Assembly (NCBI GenBank): GCA_965203445.1
Contig: OZ241883.1
Span: forward strand, 608,001 to 672,000
DNA from: Candidatus Oxydemutator sp.
Lineage (GTDB): Bacteria; Pseudomonadota; Gammaproteobacteria; Poriferisulfidales; Oxydemutatoraceae
Reading direction: 5' to 3'
DNA length: 64,000 nt
Shown here: piece by piece, positions 38,078 through 53,000 of the stretch
How positions within the stretch are numbered: position 1 is the first letter of the stretch
Layout: every line of letters starts with the position of its first letter
Translations under genes and position numbers: made by a program
Notes under the pieces: generated by a model
Told to the model about the DNA's origin: nothing
The model's database searches: none
The model's input: the letters and a program-made list of their open reading frames with translations, nothing else

Positions 38078-41000
38078 CTGAAAATGCCAACGTCCGCAAA
38101 CGACGGCGTCCCCAGCTCCGCCAGATGGGTGACGCAATTCGGGCAGCCCGTCAGCCTCAAACGAAACCGCTCGCGGCCCTCATCCCCGATACCGTCGCTC
38201 GGCACGCCCACCTCTATCCTCGCCACACCCGCCTCATTCAGCACCACGCTCCCGGTAAACGGCAGCGAAACCACCGAGCGCACGCCGGCGGCGCCGCGCC
38301 CCGCTACGTGCACCGCGGCCAGGTCCTCGTGCGTCAAACCCTCGGACGCGGCGGCAATCTCATAGTCCACGACCACCGCACGATCACCGCCGCCACTCAA
38401 CGCGATCGTGAACGTCGCGGTAGTGCTTTCGCTCACCGTCGCGGACGTCGCCGCCACCGTCACCTGACTCAGCTCATTGGCCTCTATCGTCGTGCGCGCA
38501 ACGGTGCTCGGCACGCCTAAAACCACGCGCGCGGGCGCCCCCGTGAGCCTCGCGCCCGTCAACGTCACCGCCAGCACCTCGGACAGCTCGGGCTCGCCGT
38601 CCACGCGCACCCTCAACGAAAACGACGCACTGACGGCGCCCGATTCGATGACCACGCTGCTCGCGGTCACGCCGATAAAGTCGTCGGCGTCGGCTTCGCC
38701 GCCGCCCACCGACCAATCCCAACGCACGCTCACCCCCGGCGGCAAGGCCTGCGGCAAGCGCACCACGTAACTCGCGGTGCCGCCTTCCGACACCGTCTCG
38801 CTGCCGGCGAGCGTCGGTGCAAGACTCACCGCCGGCTGCGCCTCCCGCTGCGACGTGCGACGCGCCTGCATCGTTTCGGTAGAACCGCCGAACACCAGCA
38901 CCGGGTAATCGAACACGCTGCCGAAGTCCCACGGCGCGTCGTCGTTCAAGTCGCCGTCGCGTCCCCGATCCAAGCCGTCCACGTTCAACTGATCCCAACC
39001 CGCGTAGATCGTGCCCGCGGTCGTCGTCGGGACGCGCAACTCGCTCGACGTCTTCGAGGTGTCGTCCGAACTCGGCGCATTCGTTCCGCAGCAACGGCTC
39101 AAGCCGCTGCGCTCGGCGTCAAAATAACTCGACTCCACCACGGCGCCGACTACCCGGTTGCCTATCAGACCGCCGGCCGTGGCCGTCCCCGTCGTTACCC
39201 CGACCGAGTAGCTGGCGCTGACCACCGACGCGCCGCCGGCTTCGCCCACCAGACCGCCCGCGTTGCTTTCCTCTGCATGCACTCCCACGTCGGCGTAACT
39301 CGCCACCAGCCCGCCGTAATGACCCCCTATCAAACCGCCCACCCCCGAGGCGCCGGATATGCGACCGCCGATCACGTAACTCGCCGCCACCTTGCCCTCG
39401 TTGCGGCCCACCAGCGCACCGGTATAGGTGCTGCTGCGGCCCAAGTCCACCCGCGCGTTGCGCAAGCCCACGTTGCGGATCACGCCGGCGGCGCCGACGG
39501 CGCCGAACAAACCCACGTGATACCGCTGCCCGTTTCCGGTCATCGTCAGATTGTTGATGACGCGGCCGTTGCCTTCAAAAACAGCGGTGTAAGAATCCAC
39601 CGGATATTCCACCCCCGAGCCCCCGCCTATCGGCGTCCAGTCCGCTACGTCGGACAAGTCCAGGTCGCCCGACAACTCGTAGCCGGTGCACGTGCTCGGA
39701 CAGGTCCGTTTCTCGTCGAAAAAGGGAAACGCCGCATAATAAGCGGATTTGTTAGTCTTGCCCACGCCCGCCAACCCGACACCGCCCAGGTCGTAGCGGA
39801 TCGCTGCCAACTGCGACGTCGTCTCCACGTCTATCAAGGTATCGCCGTCGCCGTTGTAGATTGTTTCGTCGCTCGCCTCGATGATGGTCCTGACGGAAAC
39901 CGGCATGCCCAGATCCACGCCGCGCGCGGGCGCCCCCGTGAGCCTCGCGCCCGTCAACGTCACCACCAGCACTTCGGAAAACTCGGGCTCGTCGTCGTCG
40001 CGCACCCCCACCGAAAACGACGCGCTGACGGCGCCCGAGACGATGGCCACGCTGCTCGCAGTCACGCCGACAAAGTCGTCGGCGTCGACTTCGCCGCCGC
40101 CCACCGACCAATCCCAACGCACGCTCACCCCCGGCGGCAAGGCCTGCGGCAAGCGCACCACGTAACTCGCGGTGCCGCCTTCCGACACCGTCTCGCTGCC
40201 GGTGAGCGTCGGTGCAAGACTCACCGCCGGCTGCGCCTCCCGCTGCGACGTGCGACGCGCCGCCTCCGTGTCGGTAGCGCCGCCGAACACCAGCACCGGG
40301 TAATCAAACACGCTGCCGAAGTCCCACGGACTGTCGTCGTTCAAATCGCCGTCGCCTCTCCGATCCAAGCCGTCCACGTCCAACTGGTCCCAACCGGCGT
40401 AGATCGTGCCCGCGGCCGTCGTCGGGACACGCAACTCGCTCGACGTCTTCGAGGTGTCGTCCGAACTCGGCGCATTCGTTCCGCAGCAACGGCTCAGACC
40501 GCTGCGCTCGGCGTCAAAATAACTCGACTCCACCACGGCGCTGACTACCCGGTTGCCTATCAGACCGCCGACCGTGGCCGTCCCCGTCGTTACCCCGACC
40601 GAGTAGCTGGCGCTGACCACCGACGCGCCGCCGGCTTCGCCCACCAGACCGCCCGCGTTGCTTTCCTCCGCATGCACCTCCACGTCTGCGTAACTCGCGA
40701 CCAAACTGCCGTAATGACCCCCTATCAAACCGCCCACCCCGGATGCGCCGGATATGCGACCGCCACTGACGTAACTCGCCGCCACCTTGCCCTCGTTGCG
40801 ACCCACCAGCGCACCGGTATAGGTGCTGCTGCGACCCAAGACCACCCGCGCGTTGCGCAAACCCACGTTGCGGATCGCGCCGTCGGCGCCGACGGCGCCG
40901 AACAAACCCACGTGATACCGCTGCCCGTTTCCGGTCATCGTCAGATTGCTGATGACGCGGCCGTTGCCTTCAAAAACGGCGGTGTAATAATCTACTGGAG

Positions 41001-44000
41001 CTTCCACCCCCGAACCCCCGCCTAGCGGCGTCCAATCCGCTACGTCGGACAAGTCCAGATCGTTCGACAACTCGTAGCCGGTGCACGTGCTGGGACAGGT
41101 CCGTTTCTCGTCGAAAAAGGGAAACGCCGCATAATAAGCGGCCCTGTTCGCACTGCTCACGCCCGCCGGCCCGACACCGCCCAGGTCATAGCGTATCGCC
41201 GCCAACTGCGACGTCGTCTCCACGTCTATCAAGGTATCGCCGTCGCCGTTGTAGATTGTTTCGTCGCTCGCCTCGATGATGGTCCTGACGGAAACCGGCA
41301 TGCCCAGATCCACGCCGCGCGCGGGCGCCCCCGTGAGCCTCGCGCCCGTCAACGTCACCACCAGCACCTCGGACAACTCGGGCGCGTCGTCATCAAACAC
41401 CGTCACCGAAAACGATGCGCTGACGGCGCCCGATTCGATGGCCACGCTGCTCGCGGTCACGCCGACAAAGTCGTCGGCGTCGACTTCGCCGCCGCCCACC
41501 GACCAATCCCAACGCACGCGCACCCCCGGCGGCAAGGCCTGCGGCAAGCGCACCACGTAACTCGCGGTGCCGCCTTCCGACACCGTCTCGCTGCCGGCGA
41601 GCGTCGGGGCAAGACTCACCGCCGGCTGCGCCTCCCGCTGCAACGTGCGACGCGCCTGCATCGTTTCGGTAGAACCGCCGAACACCAGCACCGGATACTC
41701 GAACACGCTGCCGAAGTCCCACGGACTGTCGTCGTTCAAATCGCCGTCGCGTCCCCGAGCCACGCCGTCCACGTTCAACTGGTCCCAACCCTCATAGATG
41801 GTTCCCGCGGTCGTCGTCGGGACGCGCAACTCGCTCGATGTCTTCGAGGTGTCGTCCGAACTCGGCGCATTCGTTCCGCAGCAACGGCTCAGACCGCTGC
41901 GCTCGGCGTCAAAATAACTCGACTCCACCACGGCGCCGACTACCCGGTTGCCTATCAGACCGCCGACCGTGGCCGTCCCCGTCGTTACCCCGACCGAGTA
42001 GCTGGCGCTGACCACCGACGCGCCGCCGGCTTCGCCCACCAGACCGCCCGCGTCGCTTTCCTCTGCATGCACCTCCACGTCGGCGTAACTCGCCACCAGA
42101 CTGCCGTAATGACCCCCTATCAAACCACCCACTCTCGAGGCGCCGGATACGCGACCGCCACTCACGTAACTCGCCGCCACCTTGCCCTCGTTGCGGCCCA
42201 CCAGCGCACCGGTATAGGTGCTGCTGTGGCCCAAGACCACCCGCGCGTTGCGCAAGCCCACGTTGCGGATGGTGCCGACGGCGCCGACGGCGCCGAACAA
42301 ACCCACGTGATACCGCTGCCCGTCCCCGGTCACCCGCAGATTGCTGATGACGCGGCCGTTGCCTTCAAAAACGGCGGTGTAATAATCCACCGGATATTCC
42401 ACCCCCGAGCCCCCGCCTATCGGCGTCCAGTCCGCTACGTCGGACAAGTCCAGGTCGTTCGACAACTCGTAGCCGGTGCACGTGCTCGGACAGGTCCGTT
42501 TCTCGTCGAAAAAGGGAAACGCCGCATAATAAGCGGCCTTGTTCGCACTGCTCACGCCCGCCGGCCCGACACCGCCCAGGTCGTAGCGTATCGCCGCCAA
42601 CTGCGACGTCGTCTCCACGTCTATCAAGGTGTCGCCGTCGCCGTTGTAGATTGTTTCGTCGCTCGCCTCGATGATGGTCCTGACGGAAACCGGCATGCCC
42701 AGATCCACGCCGCGCGCGGGCGCCCCCGTGAGCCTCGCGCCCGTCAACGTCACCACCAGCACCTCGGAAAACTCGGGCGCGTCGTCGTCGCGCACCCCCA
42801 CCGAAAACGACGCGCTGACGGCGCCCGAGACGATGACCACGTTGCCTGCGGTCGTGCCGACAAAGTCAGCGGCGTCGACTTCACCGCCGCCCACCGACCA
42901 ATCCCAACTCGCACGCACCCCCGGCGGCAAGGCCTGCGGCAAGCGCACCACGTAACTCGCGGTGCCGCCTTCCGACACCGTCTCGCTGCCGGCGAGCGTC
43001 GGGGCAAGACTCACCGCCGGCTGCGCCTCCCGCTGCGACGTGCGACGCGCCTGCACCGTTTCGGTGGAGCCGCCGAACACCAGCACCGGATACTCGAACA
43101 CGCTGCCGAAGTCCCACGGCGCGTCGTCGTTCAAGTTGCCGTCGCGTCCCCGATCCAAGCCGTCCACGTCCAACTGATCCCAACCGGCGTAGATCGTGCC
43201 CGCGGTCGTCGTCGGAACGCGCAACTCGCTCGATGTCTTCGAGGTGTCGTCCGAACTCGGCGCATTCGTTCCGCAGCAACGGCTCAAGCCGCTGCGCTCG
43301 GCGTCAAAATAACTCGACTCCACCACGGCGCCGACTACCCGGTTGCCTATCAGACCGCCGACCGTGGCCGTCCCCGTCGTTACCCCGACCGAGTAGCTGG
43401 CGCTGACCACCGACGCGCCACCGGCTTCGCCCACCAGACCGCCCGCGTTGCTTCCCTCCGCATGCACCTCCACGTCGGCGTAACTCGCAACCAACCGGCC
43501 GTAATGACCCCCTATCAAACCGCCCACCCCCGAGGCGCCGGATATGCGACCGCCGATCACGTAACTCGCCGCCACCTTGCCCTCGTTGCGGCCCACCAGC
43601 GCACCGGTATAGGTGCTGCTGCGACCCAAGACCACCCGCGCGTTGCGCAAGCCCACGTTGCGGATCGCGCCGCCGGCGCCGACGGCGCCGAACAAACCCA
43701 CGTGATACCGCTGCCCGTTTCCGGTCATCGTCAGATTGCTGATGACGCGGCCGTTGCCTTCAAAAACGGCGGTGTAATAATCCACCGGATATTCCACCCC
43801 CGAGCCCCCGCCTATCGGCGTCCAGTCCGCTATGCTGTCCAAGTCCAGGTCGGCAGACAACTCGTAGCCGGTGCACGTGCTCGGACAGGTCCGTTTCTCG
43901 TCGAAAAAGGGAAACGCCGCATAATAAGCGGCCCTGTTCGCACTGCTCACGCCCGCCAACCCGACACCGCCCAGGTCGTAGCGGATCGCCGCCAACTGCG

Positions 44001-47000
44001 ACGTCGTCTCCACGTCTATCAAGGTATCGCCGTCGCCGTTGTAGATTGTTTCGTCGCTCGCCTCGATGATGGTCCTGACGGAAAGCGGCATGCCCAGATC
44101 CACGCCGCGCGCGGGCGCCCCCGTGAGCCTCGCGCCCGTCAACGTCACCACCAGCACCTCGGAAAACTCGGGCTCGTCGTCATCAAACACCCCCACCGAA
44201 AACGACGCGCTGACGGCGCCCGAGACGATGGCCACGTTGCCCGTGGTCGCGCCGATAAAGTCGTCGGCGTCGACTTCGCCGCCGCCCACCGACCAATCCC
44301 AACGCGCACGCACCCCCGGCGGCAAGGCCTGCGGCAAGCGCACCACGTAACTCGCGGTGCCGCCTTCCGACACCGTCTCGCTGCCGGTGAGCGTCGGGGC
44401 AAGACTCACCGCCGGCTGCGCCTCCCGCTGCGACGTGCGACGCGCCGCCTCCGTGTCGGTAGCGCCGCCGAACACCAGCACCGGGTAATCAAACACGCTG
44501 CCGAAGTCCCACGGACTGTCGTCGTTCAAGTTGCCGTCGCCTATCCGATCCAAGCCGTCCACGTTCAACTGATCCCAACCCGCATAGATCGTGCCCGCGG
44601 TCGTCGTCGGGACGCGCAATTCGCTCGACGTCTTCGAGGTGTCGTCCGGACTCGGCGCATTCGTTCCGCAGCAACGGCTCAAGCCGCTGCGCTCGGCGTC
44701 AAAATAACTCGACTCCACCACGGCGCCGACTACCCGGTTGCCTATCAGACCGCCGGCCGTGGCCGTCCCCGTCGTTACCCCGACCGAGTAGCTGGCGCTG
44801 ACCACCGACGCGCCACCGGCTTCGCCCACCAGACCGCCCGCGTTGCTTTCCTCCGCATGCACCTCCACGTCGGCGTAACTCGCCACCAGACTGCCGTAAT
44901 GACCCCCTATCAAACCACCCACTCTCGAGGCGCCGGATATGCGACCGCCACTGACGTAACTTGCCGCCACCTTGCCCTCGTTGCGGCCCACCAGCGCACC
45001 GGTATAGGTGCTGCTGCGACCCAAGTCCACCCGCGCGTTGCGCAAACCCACGTTGCGGATCGCGCCGTCGGCACCGACGGCGCCGAACAGACCCACGTGA
45101 TACCGCTGCCCGTCCGTGGCCATCGTCAGATTGCTGATGACGTGGCCGTTGCCTTCAAAAACGGCGGTGTAATAATCTACTGGAGCTTCCACCCCCGAAC
45201 CCCCGCCTATCGGCGTCCAATCCGCTACGTCGGACAAGTCCAGGTCGCCCGACAACTCGTAGCCAGTGCACGTGCTCGGACAGGTCCGTTTCTCGTCGAA
45301 AAAGGGAAACGCCGCATAATAAGCGGATTTGTTAGTCTTGCCCACGCCCGCCGGCCCGACACCGCCCAGGTCGTAGCGGATCGCCGCCAACTGCGACGTC
45401 GTCTCCACGTCTATCAAGGTATCGCCGTCGCCGTTGTAGATTGTTTCGTCGCTCGCCTCGATCGTGGTCCTGACGGAAAGCGGCACGCCTAAACTCACGC
45501 GCGCGGGCGCCCCCGTGAGCCTCGCGCCCGTCAACGTCACCACCAGCACCTCGGACAACTCGGGCTCGTCGTCATCAAACACCCCCACCGAAAACGACGC
45601 GCTGACGGCGCCCGATTCGATGGCCACGCTGCTCGCAGTCACGCCGATAAAGTCGGCGATGTCGACTTCGCCGCCGCCCACCGACCAATCCCAGCTCGCA
45701 CGCACCCCCGGCGGCAAGGCCTGCGGCAAGCGCACCACGTAACTCGCGGTGCCGCCTTCCGACACCGTCTCGCTGCCAGCGAGCGTCGGGGCAAGACTCA
45801 CCGCCGGCTGCGCCTCCCGCTGCAACGTGCGACGCGCCTGCATCGTTTCGGTAGAACCGCCGAACACCAGCACCGGATACTCGAACACGCTGCCGAAGTC
45901 CCACGGCGCGTCGTCGTTCAAGTCGCCGTCGCCTATCCGATCCAAGCCGTCCACGTTCAACTGGTCCCAACCCGCATAGATCGTGCCCGCGGTCGTCGTC
46001 GGGACGCGCAACTCGCTCGACGTCTTCGGGGCGGTGTCCGAACTCGGCGCATTCGTTCCGCAGCAACGGCTCAAGCCGCTGCGCTCGGCGTCAAAATAAC
46101 TCGACTCCACCACGGCGCCGACTACCCGGTTGCCTATCAGACCGCCGGCCGTGGCCGTCCCCGTCGTTACCCCGACCGAGTAGCTGGCGCTGACCACCGA
46201 CGCGCCGCCGGCTTCGCCCACCAGACCGCCCGCGTTGCTTTCCTCTGCTTGCACCTCCACGTCGGCGTAACTCGCCACCAGACTGCCGTAATGACCTCCT
46301 ATCAAACCGCCCACCCCAAAGGCGCCGGATACGCGACCGCCGATCACGTAACTCGCCGCCACCTTGCCCTCGTTGCGGCCCACCAGCGCACCGCTATAGG
46401 TGCTGCTGCGACCCAAGTCCACCCGCGCGTTGCGCAAGCCCACGTTGCGGATCGCGCCGTCGGCGCCGACGGCGCCGAACAAACCCACGTGATACCGCTG
46501 CCCGTTTCCGGTCATCGTCAGATTGCTGATGACGCGGCCGTTGCCTTCAAAAACGGCGGTGTAATAATCCACCGGATATTCCACCCCCGAGCCCCCGCCT
46601 ATCGGCGTCCAGTCCGCTATGCTGTCCAAGTCCAGGTCGGCAGACAACTCGTAGCCGGTGCACGTGCTCGGACAGGTCCGTTTCTCGTCGAAAAAGGGAA
46701 ACGCCGCATAATAAGCGGCCCTGTTCGCACTGCTCACGCCCGCCGGCCCGACACCGCCCAGGTCATAGCGTATCGCCGCCAACTGCGACGTCGTCTCCAC
46801 GTCTATCAAGGTATCGCCGTCGCCGTTGTAGATTGTTTCGTCGCTCGCCTCGATGATGGTCCTGACGGAAACCGGCATGCCCAGATCCACGCCGCGCGCG
46901 GGCGCCCCCGTGAGCCTCGCGCCCGTCAACGTCACCACCAGCACCTCGGACAACTCGGGCGCGTCGTCATCAAACACCGCCACCGAAAACGATGCGCTGA

Positions 47001-50000
47001 CGGCGCCCGATTCGATGGCCACGCTGCTCGCGGTCACGCCGACAAAGTCGTCGGCGTCGACTTCGCCGCCGCCCACCGACCAATCCCAACGCACGCGCAC
47101 CCCCGGCGGCAAGGCCTGCGGCAAGCGCACCACGTAACTCGCGGTGCCGCCTTCCGACACCGTCTCGCTGCCGGCGAGCGTCGGGGCAAGACTCACCGCC
47201 GGCTGCGCCTCCCGCTGCAACGTGCGACGCGCCTGCATCGTTTCGGTAGAACCGCCGAACACCAGCACCGGATACTCGAACACGCTGCCGAAGTCCCACG
47301 GACTGTCGTCGTTCAAATCGCCGTCGCGTCCCCGAGCCACGCCGTCCACGTTCAACTGGTCCCAACCCTCATAGATGGTTCCCGCGGTCGTCGTCGGGAC
47401 GCGCAACTCGCTCGATGTCTTCGAGGTGTCGTCCGAACTCGGCGCATTCGTTCCGCAGCAACGGCTCAGACCGCTGCGCTCGGCGTCAAAATAACTCGAC
47501 TCCACCACGGCGCCGACTACCCGGTTGCCTATCAGACCGCCGACCGTGGCCGTCCCCGTCGTTACCCCGACCGAGTAGCTGGCGCTGACCACCGACGCGC
47601 CGCCGGCTTCGCCCACCAGACCGCCCGCGTCGCTTTCCTCTGCATGCACCTCCACGTCGGCGTAACTCGCCACCAGACTGCCGTAATGACCCCCTATCAA
47701 ACCACCCACTCTCGAGGCGCCGGATACGCGACCGCCACTCACGTAACTCGCCGCCACCTTGCCCTCGTTGCGGCCCACCAGCGCACCGGTATAGGTGCTG
47801 CTGTGGCCCAAGACCACCCGCGCGTTGCGCAAGCCCACGTTGCGGATGGTGCCGACGGCGCCGACGGCGCCGAACAAACCCACGTGATACCGCTGCCCGT
47901 CCCCGGTCACCCGCAGATTGCTGATGACGCGGCCGTTGCCTTCAAAAACGGCGGTGTAATAATCCACCGGATATTCCACCCCCGAGCCCCCGCCTATCGG
48001 CGTCCAGTCCGCTACGTCGGACAAGTCCAGGTCGTTCGACAACTCGTAGCCGGTGCACGTGCTCGGACAGGTCCGTTTCTCGTCGAAAAAGGGAAACGCC
48101 GCATAATAAGCGGCCCTGTTCGCATCGCTAACGCCCGCCGGCCCGACACCGCCCAGGTCGTAGCGGATCGCCGCCAACTGCGACGTCGTCTCCACGTCTA
48201 TCAAGGTATCGCCGTCGCCGTTGTAGATTGTTTCGTCGCTCGCCTCGATGATGGTCCTGACGGAAAGCGGCACGCCTAAACTCACGCGCGCGGGCGCCCC
48301 CGTGAGCCTCGCGCCCGTCAACGTCACCACCAGCACCTCAGACAACTCGGGCTCGCCGTCCACGCGCACCCTCAACGAAAACGACGCGCTGACGGCGCCC
48401 GATTCGATGGCCACGCTGCTCGCAGTCACGCCGACAAAGTCGTCGGCGTCGACTTCGCCGCCGCCCACCGACCAATCCCAACGCGCACGCACCCCCGGCG
48501 GCAAGGCCTGCGGCAAGCGCACCACGTAACTCGCGGTGCCGCCTTCCGACACCGTCTCGCTGCCGGTGAGCGTCGGGGCAAGACTCACCGCCGGCTGCGC
48601 CTCCCGCTGCAACGTGCGACGCGCCGCCTCCGTGTCAGTAGCACCGCCGAACACCAGCACCGGGTAATCGAACACGCTGCCGAAGTCCCACGGCGCGTCG
48701 TCGTTCAAGTCGCCGTCGCGTCCCCGATCCAAGCCGTCCACGTTCAACTGGTCCCAACCCGCATAGATCGTGCCCGCGGTCGTCGTCGGAACGCGCAACT
48801 GAGAGGAAGTCCTGGGCGCGGTATCCGTAGTCGGCACGTTCGTTCCGCAGCAACGGCTCAAGCCGCTGCGCTCGGCGTCAAAATAACTCGACTCCACCAC
48901 GGCGCCGACTACCCGGTTGCCTATCAGACCGCCGGCCGTGGCCGTCCCCGTCGTTACCCCGACCGAGTAGCTGGCGCTGACCACCGACGCGCCGCCGGCT
49001 TCGCCCACCAGACCGCCCGCGTTGCTTCCCTCTGCATGCACCTCCACGTCGGCGTAACTCGCCACCAGACTGCCGTAATGACCCCCTATCAAACCGCCCA
49101 CTCTCGAGGCGCCGGATACGCGACCGCCGATCACGTAACTCGCCGCCACCTTGCCCTCGTTGCGACCCACCAGCGCACCGGTATAGGTGCTGCTGTGGCC
49201 CAAGTCCACCCGCGCGTTGCGCAAGCCGACGTTGCGGATCGCGCCGTCGGCGCCGACGGCGCCAAACAAACCCACGTGATACCGCTGCCCGTCCCCGGTC
49301 ATCGTCAGATTGCTGATGACGCGACCGTTGCCTTCAAAAACGGCGGTGTAATAATCCACCGGATATTCCACCCCCAAGCCCCCGCCTATCGGCGTCCAGT
49401 CCGCTACGTCGGACAAGTCCAGGTCGCCCGACAACTCGTAGCCGGTGCACGTGCTGGGACAGGTCCGTTTCTCGTCGAAAAAGGGAAACGCCGCATAATA
49501 AGCGGCCCTGTTGGCACTGCCCACGCCCGCCGGCCCGACACCGCCCAGGTCGTGGCGGATCATCGCCAACTGCGACGTCGTCTCCACGTCTATCAAACCG
49601 TCGGCGTCGGCGTCGTAGTCGGTGCCCGCGCTCGCCTCGATGGTGGTCACTGACGGAAGCGCGCCTCTCAATGCCAGCTCCGCTCCCGCATCCGCGACTA
49701 TGCTCGCATCCACCTGGAAGCGCTCCGGATCCTCCGCGCCCTGGTCGTCGAAAACGTGAACCGAAAACGTCGTCCTGCTGCTGCCCGTCATGATGATCGC
49801 GGTGCCGGCCGGAAAATCGGCCAGCGCCGTCGTCGCCGTGGCGCCAGCGCGAAAATCCCCGGGCATCGCGCCGTCGCTCCCGGCCACCGCGGCAACGACC
49901 CAACTTACCGTAACCGGACGGGGCACCTCGATGGGCACGCCCACCGTGTACTCCGCCGTTTCTCCCTCGGCCACCGTCGCGCTCCCGCGCAACGTCACCG

Positions 50001-53000
50001 TCTGCTGCGCCCCGAGCTGCGACGCCCGACGCGCCACCATAGTGGCGGTAGCACCGCCGAACACCAGCACCGGGTAATCGAACACGGTGCCGAAATGCCA
50101 CGGCGCGTCGTCGTTGTAGTCGCCGTCGCGTCCCTGATCCACGCGATCCACGTCCAACTGATCCCAACCTTCATAGATGGTGCCCGCGGCCGCGATCGGG
50201 ACACGCAACTCGCTCGACGTCTTCGGGGCGTTGTCCGTACTCGGCACTCTCTCTCCGCAGCATCTGCTCTGGCCGCTGCGCTCGCTGTCAAAGTAACTTG
50301 CGCTCAATACGCTTCTCCTCGAGCGTCCGCCCACCAGACCGCCTACCGAACGTGAGTCTTCGCCTGGCAGCACCCTACTCACCGAGTAACTCGCGCGCAC
50401 CACCCCGGAACCACTCATACCGCCCGCCAATCCGCCCAATGACCGATCGGTCCCAGCCACCGACACGTCCGCGTAACTCGCTACCAACGTGCCCAAGTTG
50501 ACTCCCATCAAGCCCCCTACCCACGAACCGCCGCGCACCGATCCACCCGACACGTAACTCGCCGCCACTTGCCCATAGCTAAAACTCACCAAGGCCCCCG
50601 TTCCTAAGCTACCCTCGCGACCCCCCTGCACGTCCACGACCACGTCCCGCAGGCCCACGTTGCGCACCCGGCCGTCCCCACCCAATGTGCTGAACAAGCC
50701 GACATAATGCCAAGGCCGCGACGGGCTGCGGATACGCATATTCCTTATCACGTGGCCGTTGCCCTCGAAAACCCCCTGGTAGCGGATGCCCGCGGGCGGA
50801 ACGTTGTTCCGCGTTCTAACGCGAGTACCGCCGCCTATCGGCGTCCAGTCCATGCCGGAAAGGTCCAGGTCGTTTGACAACTCGTAGCCGGCGCACGTGT
50901 TCACACAGGTGCGCCTCTCATCGAAAAAGGGAAACGCTGCCAGATAAGCACTCCTGTTCGCATCGCCGCTCACGCCCGCCAGCCCGGCGCCGCCCAGGTC
51001 GTGGCGGATCGCATCCAACTGCGACCTCGTCGTCACCTCTATCAAGGCGTCGCCGTCGGTGTCGTAGTCGGTGCCGTCGCTGAACTCGATGGTGGTCATC
51101 ATGGAAACCACGCCTGAAGTCACACGCGCGGGCGCCCCCGTGAGCCTCGCGCCCGTCAACGTTACCACCAGTACCTCGGAAAACTCAGGGATAGCGTCAT
51201 CGAACACCCTGACCGAAAACGACGCGCTGACGACGTCCGAGGTGATGACCACGCTGCCCGCGGTCGTGCCGACAAAGTCGGCGCTGCCGACTTCGCCGCC
51301 GCCCACCACCCAACTCCAACTCGTGGCCACCCCCGCCGGCAAGGCCATCGGAAAACTCACCACGTAACTCGCCACCTCGCCTTCCGACACCGTCTCGCTG
51401 CCGGCGAGCGTCGGCGTAAGAATTATCCTCTGCGCCTGCCGCTGCGACGTGCGACGCGCCTGCACCGTCTCGGTAGAGCCGCCGAACACCAGCACCGGGT
51501 AATCAAACGCGCCGCCGAAATCCCACGGCGCGTCGTCGTTGTAGTCGCCGTCGTCTCCCTGATCCACGGCGTCCACGTTCAACTGGTTCCAACCCTCGTA
51601 GATGGTGCCTGCCGCGGTGGTCGGAAAAAACAACTCGACTGACGCCTTCGAGGCGTCGTCCGGAGTCGGCGGATTCGTTCCGCAGCAACGGCTCCGGCCG
51701 CTGCGCTCCCGGTCAAAATAACTGGACTCCACGACGGCGCCGACTCTCCTGTTCCCTATCAAGCCGCCGACCGTTCCCCCCGTCGGCCTGCCGACGGAGT
51801 AGCTGGCGCTTACCACCGACGCGCCACCGGCTTCGCCCACCAGACCGCCCACGTTACTTTCCTCTGCATGCACTTCCACGTCGGCGTAACTCGCCACCAA
51901 CCTGCCGCGATGATCCCCTATCAAGCCGCCCACCGCGGAGGCGCCGGATATGCGACCGCCACTGACGTAACTCGCCGCCACTTGGCCATCGTTGCGGCCC
52001 ACCAGCGCTCCTATATAAGTACTATGAGCACCCAGGGACACCCGCGCGTTGCGCAAACCCACGTTGCGGATCACGCCGACGGCGCTCACGGCGCCGAACA
52101 AGCCCGCGTGAGAAAACTGTCCATCCCTGGCCACCCGCAAATTGCTGATGACGCGGCCGTTGCCTTCAAAAACGGCGGTGTAATAATCCTCCTCCAGAAG
52201 GGTTTCGACCCCCCCGCCCAGCGGCGTCCAGTCCGGGATGCTGGACAAGTCCAGATCGGCCGACAACTCGTAGCCGGTACACGTGCTGGGGCAGGTTCGC
52301 GCCTCGTCGAAAAAGGGAAACGCCGCATAATAATCTTCCTCGTTCGCAGCGCTCACGCCCGCCGGCCCGACACCGCCCAGGTCGTAGCGGATCGCCGCCA
52401 ACTGCGACGTCGTCTCCACCTCTATCAAGGTGTCGTCGTCGACGTCGTAGTCGGTGCCCGCGCTCACCTCGATGGTGGTCACCAACGGAAGCGCGCTTCT
52501 CAATGCCACCTCCGCTCCCGCATCCGCGACCAGGTTCACGCTCACCTGGAAACGCTCCGGGTTCTCCGCGTTCTGGTCGTCGAAAACGTGAACCGAAAAC
52601 GTCGTCCTGCTGCTGCCCGTCATGATGATCGCGGTGCCGGTCGGAAAATCGGCCAGCGCCGTCGTCGCCGTGGCGCCAGCGCGAAAATCCCCGGGCATCG
52701 CGCCGTCGCTCCCGGCCACCGCGGCAACGACCCAACTTACCGTAACCGGACGGGGCACCTCGATGGGCACGCCCACCGTGTACTCCGCCGTTTCTCCCTC
52801 GGCCACCGTCGCGCTCCCGCGCAACGTCACCGTCTGCTGCGCCTCGATCTGCGACGCCCGACGCGCCACCGTAGTGGCGGTAGCACCGGCGAACACCAGC
52901 ACCGGGTAATCGAACACGGTGCCGAAATGCCACGGCGCGTCGTCGTTGTAGTCGCCGTCGCGTCCCTGATCCACTCCGTCCACGTCCAACTGGTCCCAAC

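Larger units (their letters stand above)
36777..38510. repeat. Gene-junction duplication, copy 2 (B N-terminus, intergenic block, C C-terminus)
   Basis: Homologous to 9420-11150. Confidence 0.9.

Noticed and set aside
38480-49630. CRISPR-like or mobile-element repeats
   Set aside because: The repeats are in-frame protein domains of 0.3-1.4 kb; no short repeat-spacer pattern, cas gene, transposase or terminal inverted repeats.
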